DNA from: Microthyrium microscopicum
Taxonomy: Eukaryota
NCBI GenBank assembly: GCA_010405405.1
Contig: MU004240.1
Location: 448,316 to 512,315 of the forward strand
Reading direction: 5' to 3'
DNA length: 64,000 nucleotides
Part shown: one piece after another, positions 1 to 13,101 of the stretch
How positions within the stretch are numbered: position 1 is the stretch's first letter
How the letters are laid out: every line of letters starts with the position of its first letter
Program-made: the position numbers and the translations under genes
Notes under the pieces: generated by a model
The model's database searches: none
What the model was told of the DNA's origin: nothing
What the model saw: the letters and a program-made list of their open reading frames with translations, nothing else

Positions 1-845
1 GGCGGAGGCAGGTGCTTTTGAACCTCGACAAGTTCGTGACCTTTCAGCTCGTGAGGTATCAAGTAGTGATAATTTCCATCCGAGTTTGTCGAAAAGTACT
101 CTGGTCGAAAGCGTCGAAAATATCCACCCACCAGATCCTTCCAGCCTTTCACCAGCGCCTGTTGCATCCTTACATTTTCCTGATCTGTCTTTTGCATGGC
201 ATCTTTCTCCTCACCTTGCAACGGCACTTTTTCTTCAGGCCCATCCAAGCTCGAGGCGCTTTTCGGCAGGCTGGTCTTGAGCCCGAAAAGTTTTGCCGCC
301 TCCTCTATGTATTCATGCAAACGATCCTTGAGGAAATCACTGCATTCGCTGCCTCCATGTCCATCAAATATGCCGAAATAAAACACTTGTGGGTCTCCTG
401 TAACCGTGCTAGCCGGATTATCTGCTTGACCATCCGGTCGCCTCGCCGATACACTGCGCGGCCGACGCGTCGCAAAGGCGGGGAGCTCGATAGTACCCGC
501 CTGGTATGTATCCTCGTTATATGGTCGCTGACCGCGGGAAAAATGCGCGCCAAAGTGATGTTTAGCACTACGAAGTGGGATACGGACTACTGTCAGATCG
601 CGACTGACTCCAGTGACAGGTGATGTAGCGGCAGGTCGATTTGAGGCGGATGGATCGTGGGGTGTGGATTCATTGCGGGGGAGCTTATGGTGAGGTCCTA
701 GAGGACGCGAATCGGGATGCTGTGAGGATGAAGGGAGATGAGTTGTGAAGTATTCGTGAAAGCGACGCGTTTGTATGGTTATTGGTAGGCGTGTAAAGAC
801 GATATTGCCCAAGAAAAGACGTGATGGCTGGAGAGAGGTGGGCAT
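1..845 (-). CDS. PTC6: Mitochondrial PP2C-family protein phosphatase (5' part; runs off the left edge)
   Basis: Manual minus-strand translation from ATG at 845: MPTSLQPSRL...RRFHEYFTTHLPSS...VRIPLRSAKHHFG...SRGQRPYNED...VFYFGIFDGHGGSECSDFL...WKDLVGGYFRRFRPEYF. NED and DGHGG are PP2C motifs. Absent from the ORF track because it has no stop in the window. Confidence 0.88.
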   Translation of the reverse strand, partial: MPTSLQPSRLFLGNIVFTRLPITIQTRRFHEYFTTHLPSSSQHPDSRPLGPHHKLPRNESTPHDPSASNRPAATSPVTGVSRDLTVVRIPLRSAKHHFGAHFSRGQRPYNEDTYQAGTIELPAFATRRPRSVSARRPDGQADNPASTVTGDPQVFYFGIFDGHGGSECSDFLKDRLHEYIEEAAKLFGLKTSLPKSASSLDGPEEKVPLQGEEKDAMQKTDQENVRMQQALVKGWKDLVGGYFRRFRPEYFSTNSDGNYHYLIPHELKGHELVEVQKHLPP

Positions 846-1768
846 CGTGATGTTGAACGGTGTAGTCTGGCTGGGCGCCGCATGGTGTTCAACGAGCGCA
901 ATTGAGCTTGTTGATGAGTACGAATGCTACCGATGGAGCTTTTGATACCGCTCCAGTAAATTGGAGGGCGTAAAAATAAGATTTCATGAAGCTGAATGAG
1001 TGTTTGGAAAGGAGAGAAGAGACGAGGTTGTGGAAACCGGATAATGCTTCCGATCTTCTCCATGGATTTTGGTGGGGCTATCCGATCAATATAATGGATA
1101 AAATAAATGGCCATACTTTCATTTAACAACTTATTTGATTCTCATCGAGTCCGCACTGGAGCTCTTGGACTAATGAATAGAATCAGAATTAAGGATCCTG
1201 GGTATGCTCTTGCTGTGGTGGTAGACATCACACTTGATGAGAGCATGCCATTGATTTGTCCACCCAGTTAGCGAACTCTCCTTGTAATGCCATAATTTGT
1301 AGCTGCATTTACGCTAGTAATACGGGAGCAATCGAATGAACACGTTGTACATTACATCATGCTACAGAAACGAAGCGAATATCACGAATGCCGACGATAC
1401 CAAGCAGCATTACCTTCCTCCTATCTAACGCCGACGCTATTGCAACAAAACACAGAGCTCTGGTACTTACCAGAAAAGCAGTATAAACAAGCATTGCGCC
1501 GTCATTACCTTTCACACACTCTTCTTCTCCTCCTCCTTAGACACCAGGCTTCCGAGAGTTGACCAGGTCGAAGTGCTTTCAGCGGCTCCAGATGGATCGA
1601 CTCGGTCTACGAGGCGCTGCTCGATTGGATTCCATGTGACATGCCTGATGTGAGATCGTCCCCCGTCGCATGCATCGTATTCTGCTTGGCCTATATCAGT
1701 CAGCACATAAAAGTTGTGTGAGCCGATGATATGTATATATTTGGAGCAGGGTTGAGTTTGCTGGGATC

Positions 1769-2938
1769 CTAACTCAGTGCAGTATCATTCAGCGCAACAC
1801 ACACAGCTCCTCTGTGATGTCCATTGTATTGTCGAATGATAGATCTGCTACTCAGCTCCCAAAGTCTCGCATTGTGGTCGGAACACGCGGTAACCAGGTA
1901 GGCACTATCTGCGCTGAATGCACAATCCCACACCCAACGTTGATGGCCATGTAGTGTCATTTCCAGGGGAAACTTCTCGGGCTCTCCAGCTTCTACTGAA
2001 CCTGGTTCTGCCATATTTTGCTCAACTTTCCAGATCTTTGCAGTGTGATCCGCTGAGCATGTTGCTAGATGTTGGACGTCCGGTGAAAGCAAAACTCTAG
2101 TGATGTACGTGTTATGTGCCGAGAACTTGCAAATTGGGACGAGGGATGTTATATCTCGGCTTTGGTGCATTTTCCATACAAACACACGGCCCTGGTTTAG
2201 ATGTTAGCCAATACATAGCTGCGTCGTTAATAGGCTTACGAGATTATTGCCAGCGCAAAGCATAGAGCCATCACTAGCTACTGTGACGCTAGCAACGCTA
2301 ACATCTTCCTCAGGGATCAATTGATGCGAGCATTTATTCTCGCCCAAGTCCCAGACGCGGACAGTACCCGCACGATCGCAGCTAATTAGCTCACCTGTAT
2401 TTGTTAGTCCCAATACATACACAATACAGCGTACATGGGAGTGATCATACCTTGATTTGGATGGATGACAACGTCGTTTACAGGAGATCCATGTTTGTAA
2501 TCTCGTTGAATAGTACCAGATCTCACATCCCAAATCTTGACAGTTCCATCTTCAGAGCTCGTGACCATCCATTTTCCCTCGCAATGAAATGCAACCGCGG
2601 TGACATTAGTAGTGTGACCTTGGAAGGTAAGAATTGGCGTAGGATTTGAAGATTTGACATCGTAAAGTTTGACATTATGGTGGCCCGCAGCGGCCAAGAA
2701 GCGCTTGTCGGGTGATATGCATAATCGATTTACTTGAGAGTCTGGTGAGGGGATGGTTCGAGAGCAGATGCCTGAGAGAGCTTCCCAGAAACGAATCGTG
2801 TGGTCGTATCCGGCTGTAAAGTGTCAGTATAGTGACCCATGATTGCCCAGCAATTGCGATGGTGCAGATATGATCTCTTCTGGACTCGCGCTGGTCTGTT
2901 GCAGGAAGTCGCTTACCTGTGCAAAGAATGACACTCAT
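1769..2938 (-). CDS. LST8: TOR complex WD40 subunit Lst8 (4 exons)
   Basis: [24 protein letters not shown]...SQVNRLCISPDK...HQRWVWDCAFSADSAYLVTACSDH. Introns at 2916-2814, ~2450-2395 and ~2240-2192. Confidence 0.97.
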
Positions 2939-3271
2939 GGTGGTGGATTTGTCAGCGTTCGAGCGCCGTGTATGAGTACGTGGTGGGCTAAATCATGATA
3001 GTATTGCGAAACGACTAACAAACGCTCGAAGGATGGGATGCTTGTCTTGCTTAGTTACTGCGATGGGGATGGTGTTGAGTTTAGACGAGGCAAGAGCAAC
3101 GGGTGACAGATCCAACGGTGGCAGGTGCGGGTGAGAGTGGGATGAGCTTGGAAAGCTGCGACCCTGGCACAGGCCATCTGCAAGGCTGAGACGCTATTCT
3201 CTTTTAGGACGTATCCCAACTTCATTTCTCAGCCTTGCCATTGACCAGCTTCATAGAGAGCAGCATTTTTG

Positions 3272-3289
3272 TTGATTGATTGATTGATT
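3272..3289. repeat. (TTGA)n tetranucleotide microsatellite
   Basis: ttgattgattgattgatt. Confidence 0.8.
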
Positions 3290-4334
3290 CGAGCGTGACT
3301 ATTGCAGTATTTTACAAACAATTATTTGTATGCGGACCGAGTGATCAAGTTTCAAAGAGCGAGTGATAAGAGTAGATAATCTGCACAGCAGCCAAGACCT
3401 ACGATGCGGATAAAGGATGGCACGATGTATGCTCCTGATCTTCAATTTGGGGGTAGTTTGATTTGTATTTGAAGTTCCCTTCATAATCCGCCATAGTAAG
3501 TATAATATCTGCTGGCACTAACGCTCAAGACTTTGGTCAGAAAACCCTGCGACTCCTCAGTGTCTGGCTGGAGTAGCTTCAATATATCAAGCGGCCTTCT
3601 ATCGTCCACTGTCAGATTCCTGTTCAGTGGTTTATCGCCTGTCAACGATACATTGACGTTGCGCAGCGCTTATACGCCTATTAGGCCCCGAAATATATAT
3701 CAATCGTTGAATTCGAAATGTAATCCGATATGATTGGCGGAATCTTCCTATTCCCAGAATTGAACAATGTATCGAACGCGTTGATAACAATAGCCCAGTG
3801 ACTGCCACTGAGGCAATTTCACTATGGCAGCCGTAAGGACTCGCTGCAATGCGGAGGTGGACGTTGGTAACATGGAGGCGTAAGAATACCACCTCCAACA
3901 TTTGCCAGCAACCACCTCTATCCCAAATCGCTCCTTCCAAATATTGAACTCAATGGATGGTCACTTTAGACGCCTTGACCCATCAATAGCAGTGACTTGG
4001 TCATTGTCCCAGCACCATCCACCCTGCTAGCTCAGCTTGCTGTTCTTCCAAATCCTCCCTCACCAGAGCTCAAACTTCCTGATACCAGATTCCAGCAACT
4101 TTTTGAAATATCCAGCACCCTCACACCAATTTCATTTGCTACTGAGTCTCTATCAGTGGATAGCATCAAAGATCAAAGCATCATCTTCCTCATCTTTCTT
4201 CATTCAGCTTCCTTACCCTCTTCACACCATTTCTCAACGCGCGAACAGCTTGCATCTCGCTGAGTGCTATCATCACACTCACCACCAGTAAATAACTCCT
4301 TCAACTCGTCTCTACCGATACACCTCCGCCAGCA

Positions 4335-7300
4335 ATGACTAAGAATCCCGTTCCCCAGACCCCAGCACAGATAGAACTTGACAAAAAGCGGTATGAAGAG
4401 CAAATGGATCTCATCGCATCAGCTGGGCGCAACCCTCCTCCGGTAGTCGAGCGGGCTACATCGACTGCTCCTGCTACTGAATCAACTTCCTCAAATCCTC
4501 CTCCTGCTACTCAACGCAAGCCCAGGGGCCGCAAGCAACCGGCGAAGAAGCCCAAGGCTGGGGCTGACTATACCAATCCCATAAACATCGAAGAACTTCC
4601 GAACGCATCGACGACTGCCGCAGAGTCAATGGCAACTTCTCATCCAGCCGCAAACCAAATGGACAATCGATCTCTCCCACAGCCCGCGCAAAACACCTCG
4701 ATGCCTTTGGGCCAGTCAATGCCTTTGCCTGGTCAAATGCCACCTCCCACCCAAGTGCCGACTCCATCATCTCCTGCTCAACAGGCAGGACGAAAGCGGG
4801 CCCTCAATGAACCCGGGATGAGCCAATATGGCAATGTCCGTCCAAGCAAGCGACCGCATGTAGAAGGGTCAATGTACCATCAATTTCAGATCGACCCGGC
4901 CGCAAGATCCGTTCCTAAACAACTCCAAGGCCAATCCTTCCATAACCCGCCCCGAACCATTAATGGAAACCAGCATCGGCTCAATGGGTTTCAGAGCAGC
5001 CAAAGTGGGCAAACGTTCATCCCCAGTCAAGGCATAGCACCTCTTGTCACCGGTACACCTGCCCTCGAAACGGCACAACTTTATCAAGAGCTGCAGAACA
5101 AGCAGGCTACACATACCTCACGCCCTCATCGTCCTATGCCAGCTCGAGACTCTCCTTTGCCTGCCTACGTTGCCAAACATCCCAATTTCGAAGGTCAACA
5201 GCCGCCAGGAGAAGCAGCTAGCCAATATGGTATGTTCAATGGGTCGAAGGACCCCATGTACAACTTCCCCATGCCACCGAATGGCCAACTAGATCCTCGA
5301 GCAGTAGGTGGAAGTTCTCGAGTGCCTGTCGCACGATACGAGAACAAAGGCAATGGACTGCAATTCCCAATGGGCAACCCGTCTGCTCATTCGGTAATGG
5401 GAGGGAGAATGAACGGAGCTGCGCCGCCTGTAACGATGCAATCACATTCTCCACGTGGAGTCTCTTCTACAGTGCAGGCCTCTACTCCTGCCGGCTTTCG
5501 GGGTGTTCATGGTGGTCAGCGGCGACCCGTCGCTCGCCAACAATCTCGCCAAAACCATCAACAGGCACAGCCTGCTGCTCTCTCACAACAGCAAGCGCAT
5601 CCACAAGGTCCGCAGGCAGGACCACAAACACAGTCTGGTCTAGCTGGGACGCAAGCAATAGAATCGCGCTTTCTATCTCCGGCGGAGCACGACGAATTGG
5701 CCGGCTACGTTAACTCGCCTTTCCGCGTTGCGAGCTTGAGCTCCCAACCACATAGGGTCCAACTGCGAATGTAAGTCATTTCCTTTGCTCGTCTATTTTC
5801 ATGCTGACATGATAGGTACCGCGAATTTAGGTCGGTTTGGCCAAGAAGCATGGACGAGCTTCGGGCAATCAAGAACTTCGTGGCTTTCTATCGCAGTCCG
5901 GCAGGGCAAAATCCTCAAAACCAGCAAGTCCAGCATGCACCGAATCTGCATGTCCAGAGCTCTCAGCCAGCTGGACCTGCCATAACACCGAGCATGACTC
6001 CATCAGCTCAAGCGCAGACAGCGCAACCAGTTGCTCCCCCCTTCCAAGGCCATCATATACAAGGCCGTCCCCTTGTCGGGCAGCAGTCAAGCAGTGCACC
6101 TTTCCCAGCGCAGGCAGGCGTTGGATGTGGAGCGCCGCAAAATGTCCAGTCGGTGTCTCAGGGGCAGCAGAACTATCCGCTATATAGGCCCAATGCAGCT
6201 AAATCAGTGGTCAATTTGACGAATGAGGCCATCGAAAGTGCACCAATACAACCAGTTCAGCCAGAAAGCGCCACCCAACCGACACCGGCGCAATTCATCG
6301 GCATTGGGAATGTTCGAACCGAGAGTGCAAGCCAGTTTCCAGCTCTCCCAGACTCCACCGCACCAAACACTCCAGCGCTGGTTGACGGTACTGTGGAAAC
6401 TCCAGTTGATGATGAGGCCGATCCTGCCACTCCCTCCGATCCTTCAAACGCGCCTCAGCCAGCAAAGGCCAAGTACGTCCCTCGAGAAATCGATGCCGTG
6501 ACAGCTTTCCAGCGAGGCCATCACGTAAATGGTCAATTGACTGAAAAGCAGCGGGAGGCCAGACTCCAGCAATTGTTCGCCGACGAAGAATATAATCTGA
6601 TTGACAGAATATCATTTATTCGCGACGGCAATCCAGTCGCGTGGCCGGTCTGGCAGGGACGTGCCTATATCGAGAAAAAGCAGCTGCTAACGCAGTCGCA
6701 ATCGTTCGATGGTCGGAGCAAAGCTGAAGATGAGGCTCGCATCCTTGCAATTGAATTAAGAGATGCCAGAGAAGCGACGAGACCCTCGGCGAAGCAAAAG
6801 AGACTCCTGGAGGAGGCCGACGCGGAAGCTGAAGACGAAGCTACAACGGAACGAGCCAATGAAATGCTTGAGCGGATCAAGATTCTGAATGAGCACTATA
6901 AAGGTGTTCGATCGTACAACCTTGGCGATCAAGCAGCCGTGACTCGGGGCTGGGTGATGTATCTTGCCGAGAAACACGAAGGTACGACCAGTGGCAAAGG
7001 TCGGAAGCGACGTGCCAAAGATGAAGACGAGCCCGAAGCCTCTCAGCCAAAGAAGAAGGCAAAGCAAGGGAAGCCCAAGACCAAGAAAGGCAAGGGTCAG
7101 AAACGGAAGGCTTCTGAAGAGGACGATGAGCTCGACTTTGCCCGCTCATCGAAGAAGGCACGCTCTGCTGAGCCCGAAGAGCCCGAATCTGATTCTGATT
7201 CTGAAGGGATGTCGGCGGAAGCGCTCGAAGCAGGTTTGCGCGCGGCCTTTGAGGAAGCTGAAGGCGAGGTTGACGGTGCTGAGCATGAGACGGAGGAGGT

Positions 7301-7811
7301 CACAGTCCAGGATGACACCGTTGTGGTAGAGCACACCGCTGATCATCCTGCAGCCTACAAAACCACCGTGGAGGAGAAGACCCTACCTGAAGAGGCTACC
7401 GCCGACGACGACCTTGACTCCCTCTTTGATGGCGATGTTGATGATGATGATGAGCATGCCTCCCCTGCCGATGAAGATTTCGACAGTGTTACTGGAGAAG
7501 AGATCGCGAGTTCAGGGTGCGCAAAGCCGCGGAGGCACATCAACGATTTTCAGGACGGCGAGGAGTTTGATCTCCTAAATGACGTGATTCCTCGGGACGA
7601 GGCGAATGCAGGCTTCGAAGCAGAGCTTCAAGAAGTGGTCACTCAGGAAGAGCCCGAGTTTCAGGAAGCCGCCATTCAGGCAGAGGAGTTTGAAAGAGCG
7701 GACGCCCGGGAAGAGCCTCAGCATGAGGAAGCTGAAGAGGTTTCCGAAGGGGAAGGGTACCAAGACACTGGAGGCTACATCGAGTCGTCCGAGGAGTCTG
7801 AGGAAGAATGA
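4335..7811 (+). CDS. Large intrinsically disordered protein (~1140 aa): Q/P-rich N-terminal half, basic NLS-like clusters, acidic C-terminal tail; function unknown
   Basis: ORFs 4335-5774 and 5850-7811 are joined in frame by intron 5771-5815 (GTAAGT...GCTGAC...TAG), giving ...VQLRMYREFRSVWPRSMDELR... Confidence 0.85.
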
Positions 7812-8108
7812 GGAGTTCAATCACATCCCTGGAGATTTGCTGGTTTTAGTTTTTTGTTAGGAGGAGTATAACTTTAGATATCAATTCTCGCATTTGACCC
7901 CCAGTTGTGTATTTCTTCAATGGCCCATGATTCTGCTCGTGAATTGTTCAAGTGAAGCTGAAATTCTGCAGGAATACGATAGTGACAAGTCATACCCATG
8001 GCCCAGGCAAGGAAGCCATACCTGATGATATGAATCTCGTCGTCGCTGTCATCTGTCATCTTTGCGAACGTGTCTCGAGATGTTGCAAAGTAGATCAATA
8101 CTGATGTC

Positions 8109-9135
8109 TCAAGTCTGAAAATCACTCCAGTTTGCAACCCCTTTCAGTGTCGGAGGATGTGTTTTCCAAAGTACCTCATTGCGGAAAGTCATGACAATAG
8201 CCTCCTGGTTTTGACGATCTATCATCCCTGGTGCGTTGAGCATCGTCCTTAGAAACACCCACAGCCCTTCTCGATGCCATCTCGTAGTTGATACAAAGTC
8301 CAGTACTTTACCGATAGTTTCATTGACCTCTGACGTTGAGACGCGGTCCAGATTTAAGATATAATAAAGGAAGCTCCAGCCCGATGTGTCACTGGGGTTT
8401 TTAACGCACCATTGGAGCATTTGTTTTGGCAGTTGTGAGATAAATGACTGCCCAGAATCGCTAGGATCTTCAACCAGGGATAGTGATCTTCTACCATGTT
8501 GAAATGCGTAGTAGTTGTGCTTGTGCCGTTCTGCGGATCGTAATACTGTAGATATCTCCGTACCAATCTGTTTGAGAGTAGAGCCCGGCTTGCTAATAGG
8601 CAGTAAATGGGCGAGTAGCCACCAACGATGATACCATAGAGTAGGAGATTTACTTTGTCGATGGAGAGGAGATGTCAAGATCGAGTCCAGAAATGCAAAC
8701 TCTTCCTCCACTGCTCGACTAATATCAAGAGAAGACTCGCTTAGGCGCAGAAGTCGTTGTTTTCTGAAATTGGCAGCAGTGAGATGCTCAGGATCAGACA
8801 AAAGGATGACAGAAGTTGAGTCCAACACATCCTATATCTTTTATTGAGCAAGCCATCTCTCAAATCCAAAAGTGTCTTACCTGACTGTCTTCCATGGATC
8901 TGTTCTTAGAGAAGTATTGCTTAGCTTGCACAAATGCTTTCATCAAACCTTTCGCCAAAATGCCCACATAATGGCCATCTACAATAACAATAGACTCGGG
9001 AGTATCAGCCTCTAGCATTTGTGGCATGAGCTCAATTTCAAGAACCGTGGCCTTGTTGTCTCTGAAAATGTTCATGATTTGAACCATCTCAAAGGGCATC
9101 GTCTCGTGCGATGTCGAGGCGCCTTGTGCTGCCAT
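8109..9135 (-). CDS. ECM9: Protein prenyltransferase alpha-subunit repeat protein (Ecm9/PTAR1-like)
   Basis: DPEHLTAANFRK, SPLHRQSKSPTLWYHRWW, AERHKHNYYAFQHGR, NPSDTSGWSFL. Intron 8880-8832 joins the two ORFs. Confidence 0.8.
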
Positions 9136-9428
9136 CCTTTTATTCCTTTCCGTGGTACCCTTAATGTCTCCAAGCTCTTTTGCACAGATTAGACGAAAAC
9201 TCGAAAATTGGCAGTGAGGCAAAACTAGGAGGTTGCGATGTTATTCTCTGAGATGGTCACTCTCAGGCGCTTGGACCCCTGGATTTTTGGATGCCATCAC
9301 TCCTCATGCAGAACTCCGGATGTCTCTTTCATTCAAACCATCAGGACCCAATCTCAACCAAACCACACTCTCCATAAATAAACCAGACTGCGACGCGACG
9401 GCGCAGAAATATATTGCGTGAGCGCAAG

Positions 9429-10156
9429 ATGGCATCTCCTTTGATACTCGTCTTTCTCTTCCAACTCTTCCAGGCCATCATCACGGCAGTAGGGAAACAC
9501 ACTCTCAACGAAGCCGTTAGTGCTCTCCTGCATTTCGTCTGATTTGTCGCTAACATCATCTGCTTAGTGCTGGTTTTTCTGGTCTTTCCTCCCTTTCGTC
9601 CCCAAAGCCACCGCATCCAAAGAAGAGATCCGAGTCCGACAAGATCTCATGCGCTTGAAGAAGGAACTCACCGCCACGAGCGCACAAGATGACTTTGCCA
9701 AATGGGCCAAAATAAGACGCCAGCATGATAAACTGGAAGAGCAATACAAGCAGTTTGGTAAGAGACAACCTGGATTTCATCAATTTGGACGATGCTGACT
9801 CGTTGATAGCATCCTCCCAAACCACCCTCAAAGAAACCTTCAACAGTAGACTAAACTACGCACGCATGATCGCGTTAGGCGGATTGCGTCTCTACATACA
9901 ATGGAACTTTACACGACAGCCAATGTACTGGCTCCCAAAGGGCTGGATACCATGGTACGGCGAATGGGTTCTGTCCTTCCCATACGCCCCACGAGGAAGC
10001 GTATCAGTACAGGCGTGGCAATTTGCCTGTGGAGCAGTCCTTAGCATGATCGCGGAAGCGCTCAAAGCGTTGAGCGCACTCCTGTTCACGAAAGGGGCTA
10101 GAAACACACCTGAGCCGGCGATGAAGCAACCAGCGAGCGGCGTAAAAGCAGAATAG
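9429..10156 (+). CDS. GET1: Guided entry of tail-anchored proteins factor 1 (WRB/CHD5-like)
   Basis: TSAQDDFAKWAKIRRQHDK and WLPKGWIPWYGEWVLSFPYAPRGSVS motifs. Introns 9516-9567 (GTTAGT donor) and ~9758-9809. Confidence 0.93.
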
Positions 10157-11041
10157 AAGCACGCATTGTATAATATCTAATAGTCACGTATAATGAAAGC
10201 ACAAATATGCCACGAATGAATGTTCCTCACACTTTGACGCAAAGTTTTCATAGCATAATGCTCGAACACTGCAACACGAGTGAGGTAGCCCGGGCGGGCC
10301 TTGGATCTAGTCTAGGCGATTCATATTGAACTCGGGGCTGTATAATTCGAGGCCTTCAAGTCTTCGATAGCGCCAGCTATTTTCGAGAGTGTGTAAGATA
10401 TGCACACGCATACGATCATGCATTTTCGCTGCTCATAGGTGTAGAGGTGTAAATTGACGCATTTGAAGAGCGACACGGTGTTCTCATCCCTTGCAAGAGT
10501 CGTGATGATTCTCAACAGGGAAGCGAGATAATTCGCATCATCCCATCCACGCGCATGGCTCCATCTCATCTGGAGAGCCAGAGCCTACTCGTCGCATCAA
10601 GGCAAGTTTTACGCACTTGAGGAGAAAAGGAGCGTCGTCTCGGGTTGAGAAGGACTGAAAGCCAAAGAACTCGATAAGATACATAAGAGCGATGAATGAT
10701 AATTCAAAGGCTTGACACCAGGTGTAAATGGAAAACGGGGGTTGGAGTTGAAGATTGAGTGTTGAAGGTTGAAGTGAATTTTTCATGGAGACAAATCTGG
10801 AGTGAGGCCGCCCGGCTTGTTAAGCGCGCGGCTTCGAGGCTTAACAGGTGTCTTCCGACTGCTGTCTACCTTTCATTCCAATATATCTGCCATCTTAGAA
10901 TATTTACCTGCAATTCTTTTGCTTTCCTGTCGCTCACTTCAATGCCACGCTCATACATCAACTTGAGTGGAATTCCAATCAGCGCGGACCCTTGCAACAA
11001 CATCCATTGACTGAGGTTTTGAACCTCCCTACCAGACCAAA

Positions 11042-12177
11042 ATGGTCTCCCTTTCCAGGTATGATGGACCCCGTCACAGGTTCAAACGATATCGAGAGCT
11101 GACAATAACAGTGTGATATCTATCTCCATGTGGGTTGGCCCATGGCTAATACCTCGCGCCCTCGCCTTCTACCGCTCCATACAAGCCTCCAACCGCCAAC
11201 CAGGAACCGTTCGACCTACTCCTCCCCATGTCAAATGGTGCTTGAACCCACTCTACCTATTCATAATAGTATCCCTAATCCGTACCTTACCCTACTTCAC
11301 TCCCTCCAACATATTCCGCGACACCTCTTCGCGCTTGCAAATACCTACGGGCGTCCTATTCTCGCGCATTAGCGCTCTTCATGGAGGAAAGCTCACGCCA
11401 GTTGAAAGCGCGCTGAAAAGCCGGTACGCAGAAGCCTCGGGTGACTGGACACTGCTTTACGCCGCATATGGCCCAGAAGTTTTGGCCATGTGCCCCTTTT
11501 GCAATACGGATTCGCCATCAACATACCTCTGGTACGCACTCCCCACGATTGTCGCGCCACATCTCGTGCATATATTTCTGCTAGGACTTCTCACATCCCC
11601 CTTCTTCTCCGGACCTGATGGCGCGCGCTGGCGCACATACGCTACAATCGCTGGAGTTGCATTGGCGACCATTGAGCTGACGATGGTTATGCGCTATGAC
11701 TGGAAGCTCAACACGACCAAGAAGACTGCCAATGATGTGGACTGGTTCTTCTGGCGCCTGCGAACGATGCGGCTTCTAGCCTTTGCCGCAGTCGATGGAT
11801 TGTTAGGCTGGGGATTATGGTTGACCAGCACAAATCGTTGGCTCGTGAAGCCGCCCGCAGTGGCTGAGCAAGTCAACACGATATCGTTGATGCTGCAGGT
11901 CATGAACAACAAGCTCAAGGCCTTGGGGCACATACAGAATGCAGTTCTGCGGGATGACCAACTACGCGGTGCTGGATACCACTACTGGACGCGAGAACCA
12001 CGACTGATGGAAGAAGTGGAGCAAGAGCGAGAAGTCATTGACGCGCGAAGACAAGCGATTAGCCATATGGACTATGACCGTGTAACTGCCGATGCGGACC
12101 TCTGGGTAGAGCGAGTTTGGGGCGCGTTGAAGCCGACTCCCTTAGCTGGGGATGGAACTAGACAGAAGACGGAATAG
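11042..12177 (+). CDS. Conserved fungal multi-pass membrane protein of unknown function
   Basis: Short exon MVSLS(S), intron 11059-11111, then a 354-aa ORF with several hydrophobic segments and a CPFC motif. Confidence 0.8.
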
Positions 12178-12298
12178 ATAATCAAAATATGATTGTTTAA
12201 TTAGATGTCTTTGCTATTTATACATGCTCTAACGACGGACGCTAAATCTATTTTGTTAGTAGGCTTCATGAGTTGGGTATAATTGCTAAGTGCCAGTT

Positions 12299-13101
12299 TC
12301 AAGCTTTTGAGCTCCGTTTGCCCACATCCCAACCCCATTGTCGTAGAGTTTTGACAACTTTGGGAAGAACCGCCGCAGTCAACGGCACTCTGAAAAATAT
12401 CAGAGATTTATGCACCGCATACGACAAAACTAGTAAAGTCCAGAGACCTATATCAATCAGCATTTACTCATCGCTGCACAGCTCGTTTACTTACTTGCAC
12501 TCGAGTCACCTGAGGCCATTGCTGTCTTGTCTGCAGTCTCGGCCAGAACAGCCTCAGGTCTATCTCCAGGAACTGCTGGCTCCGCTCGTGGTTTCATAAG
12601 TCCAGGAAAGGGAATTTCCACCGTCTCTCTCACCCATTCCACGGCCGCATGCTCCCACTGCCCCACCCTTTCTGGTCCCAGCATTCTTACCGCCAAGAAA
12701 CAGAATGGGAAATCCAGCACACTCAGTGCAAAGTATACGCCCACAGCCGTCCATCCATACTCGCGACTAAGTTTCTTGAGCCGTTGTGATAGTGACAAGG
12801 AAGCTGGACTTCCTAGGTTCGGGGTTGGATCTGGGTTTGGCCGCGGCGCCTGGGGCGTCTTCCAGGTAGTCTTCCAGCGAGCGTTCTTGGCGGCTTGGCT
12901 GCGGAAAAGGGTCGTTACCTGCCATCGCGCGGGAGTGGGCGCATGGCGAAGGGAGCTAGCTGGCTGGCGGGAAGACGAGCCTGGTATTCGGATACTTTGG
13001 TGAGGAGAGTTGCAGAAGGTACGTTTCGGGAGAGCCGAAAGTTTGTTGACGGATGGGTTTATAGGAAGGCGAAGGGTAAGGCCAATGCGTGGCAACGCCA
13101 T
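12299..13101 (-). CDS. NAT2: DUF1279/FAM210-family mitochondrial membrane protein (Nat2-like)
   Basis: LSQRLKKLSREYGWTAVGVYFALSVLDFPFCF. After intron 12494-12448: SLWTLLVLSYAVHKSLIFFRVPLTAAVLPKVVKTLRQWGW. Basic, presequence-like N-terminus. Confidence 0.87.

Noticed and set aside
12..623. 203-aa plus-strand ORF
   Set aside because: Antisense shadow of PTC6; the minus strand carries the PP2C motifs.
1204..1318. Two adjacent hairpins resembling an H/ACA snoRNA
   Set aside because: No H box on the plus strand. The minus strand has only a weak H box and AUA, and no rRNA target was recognised.
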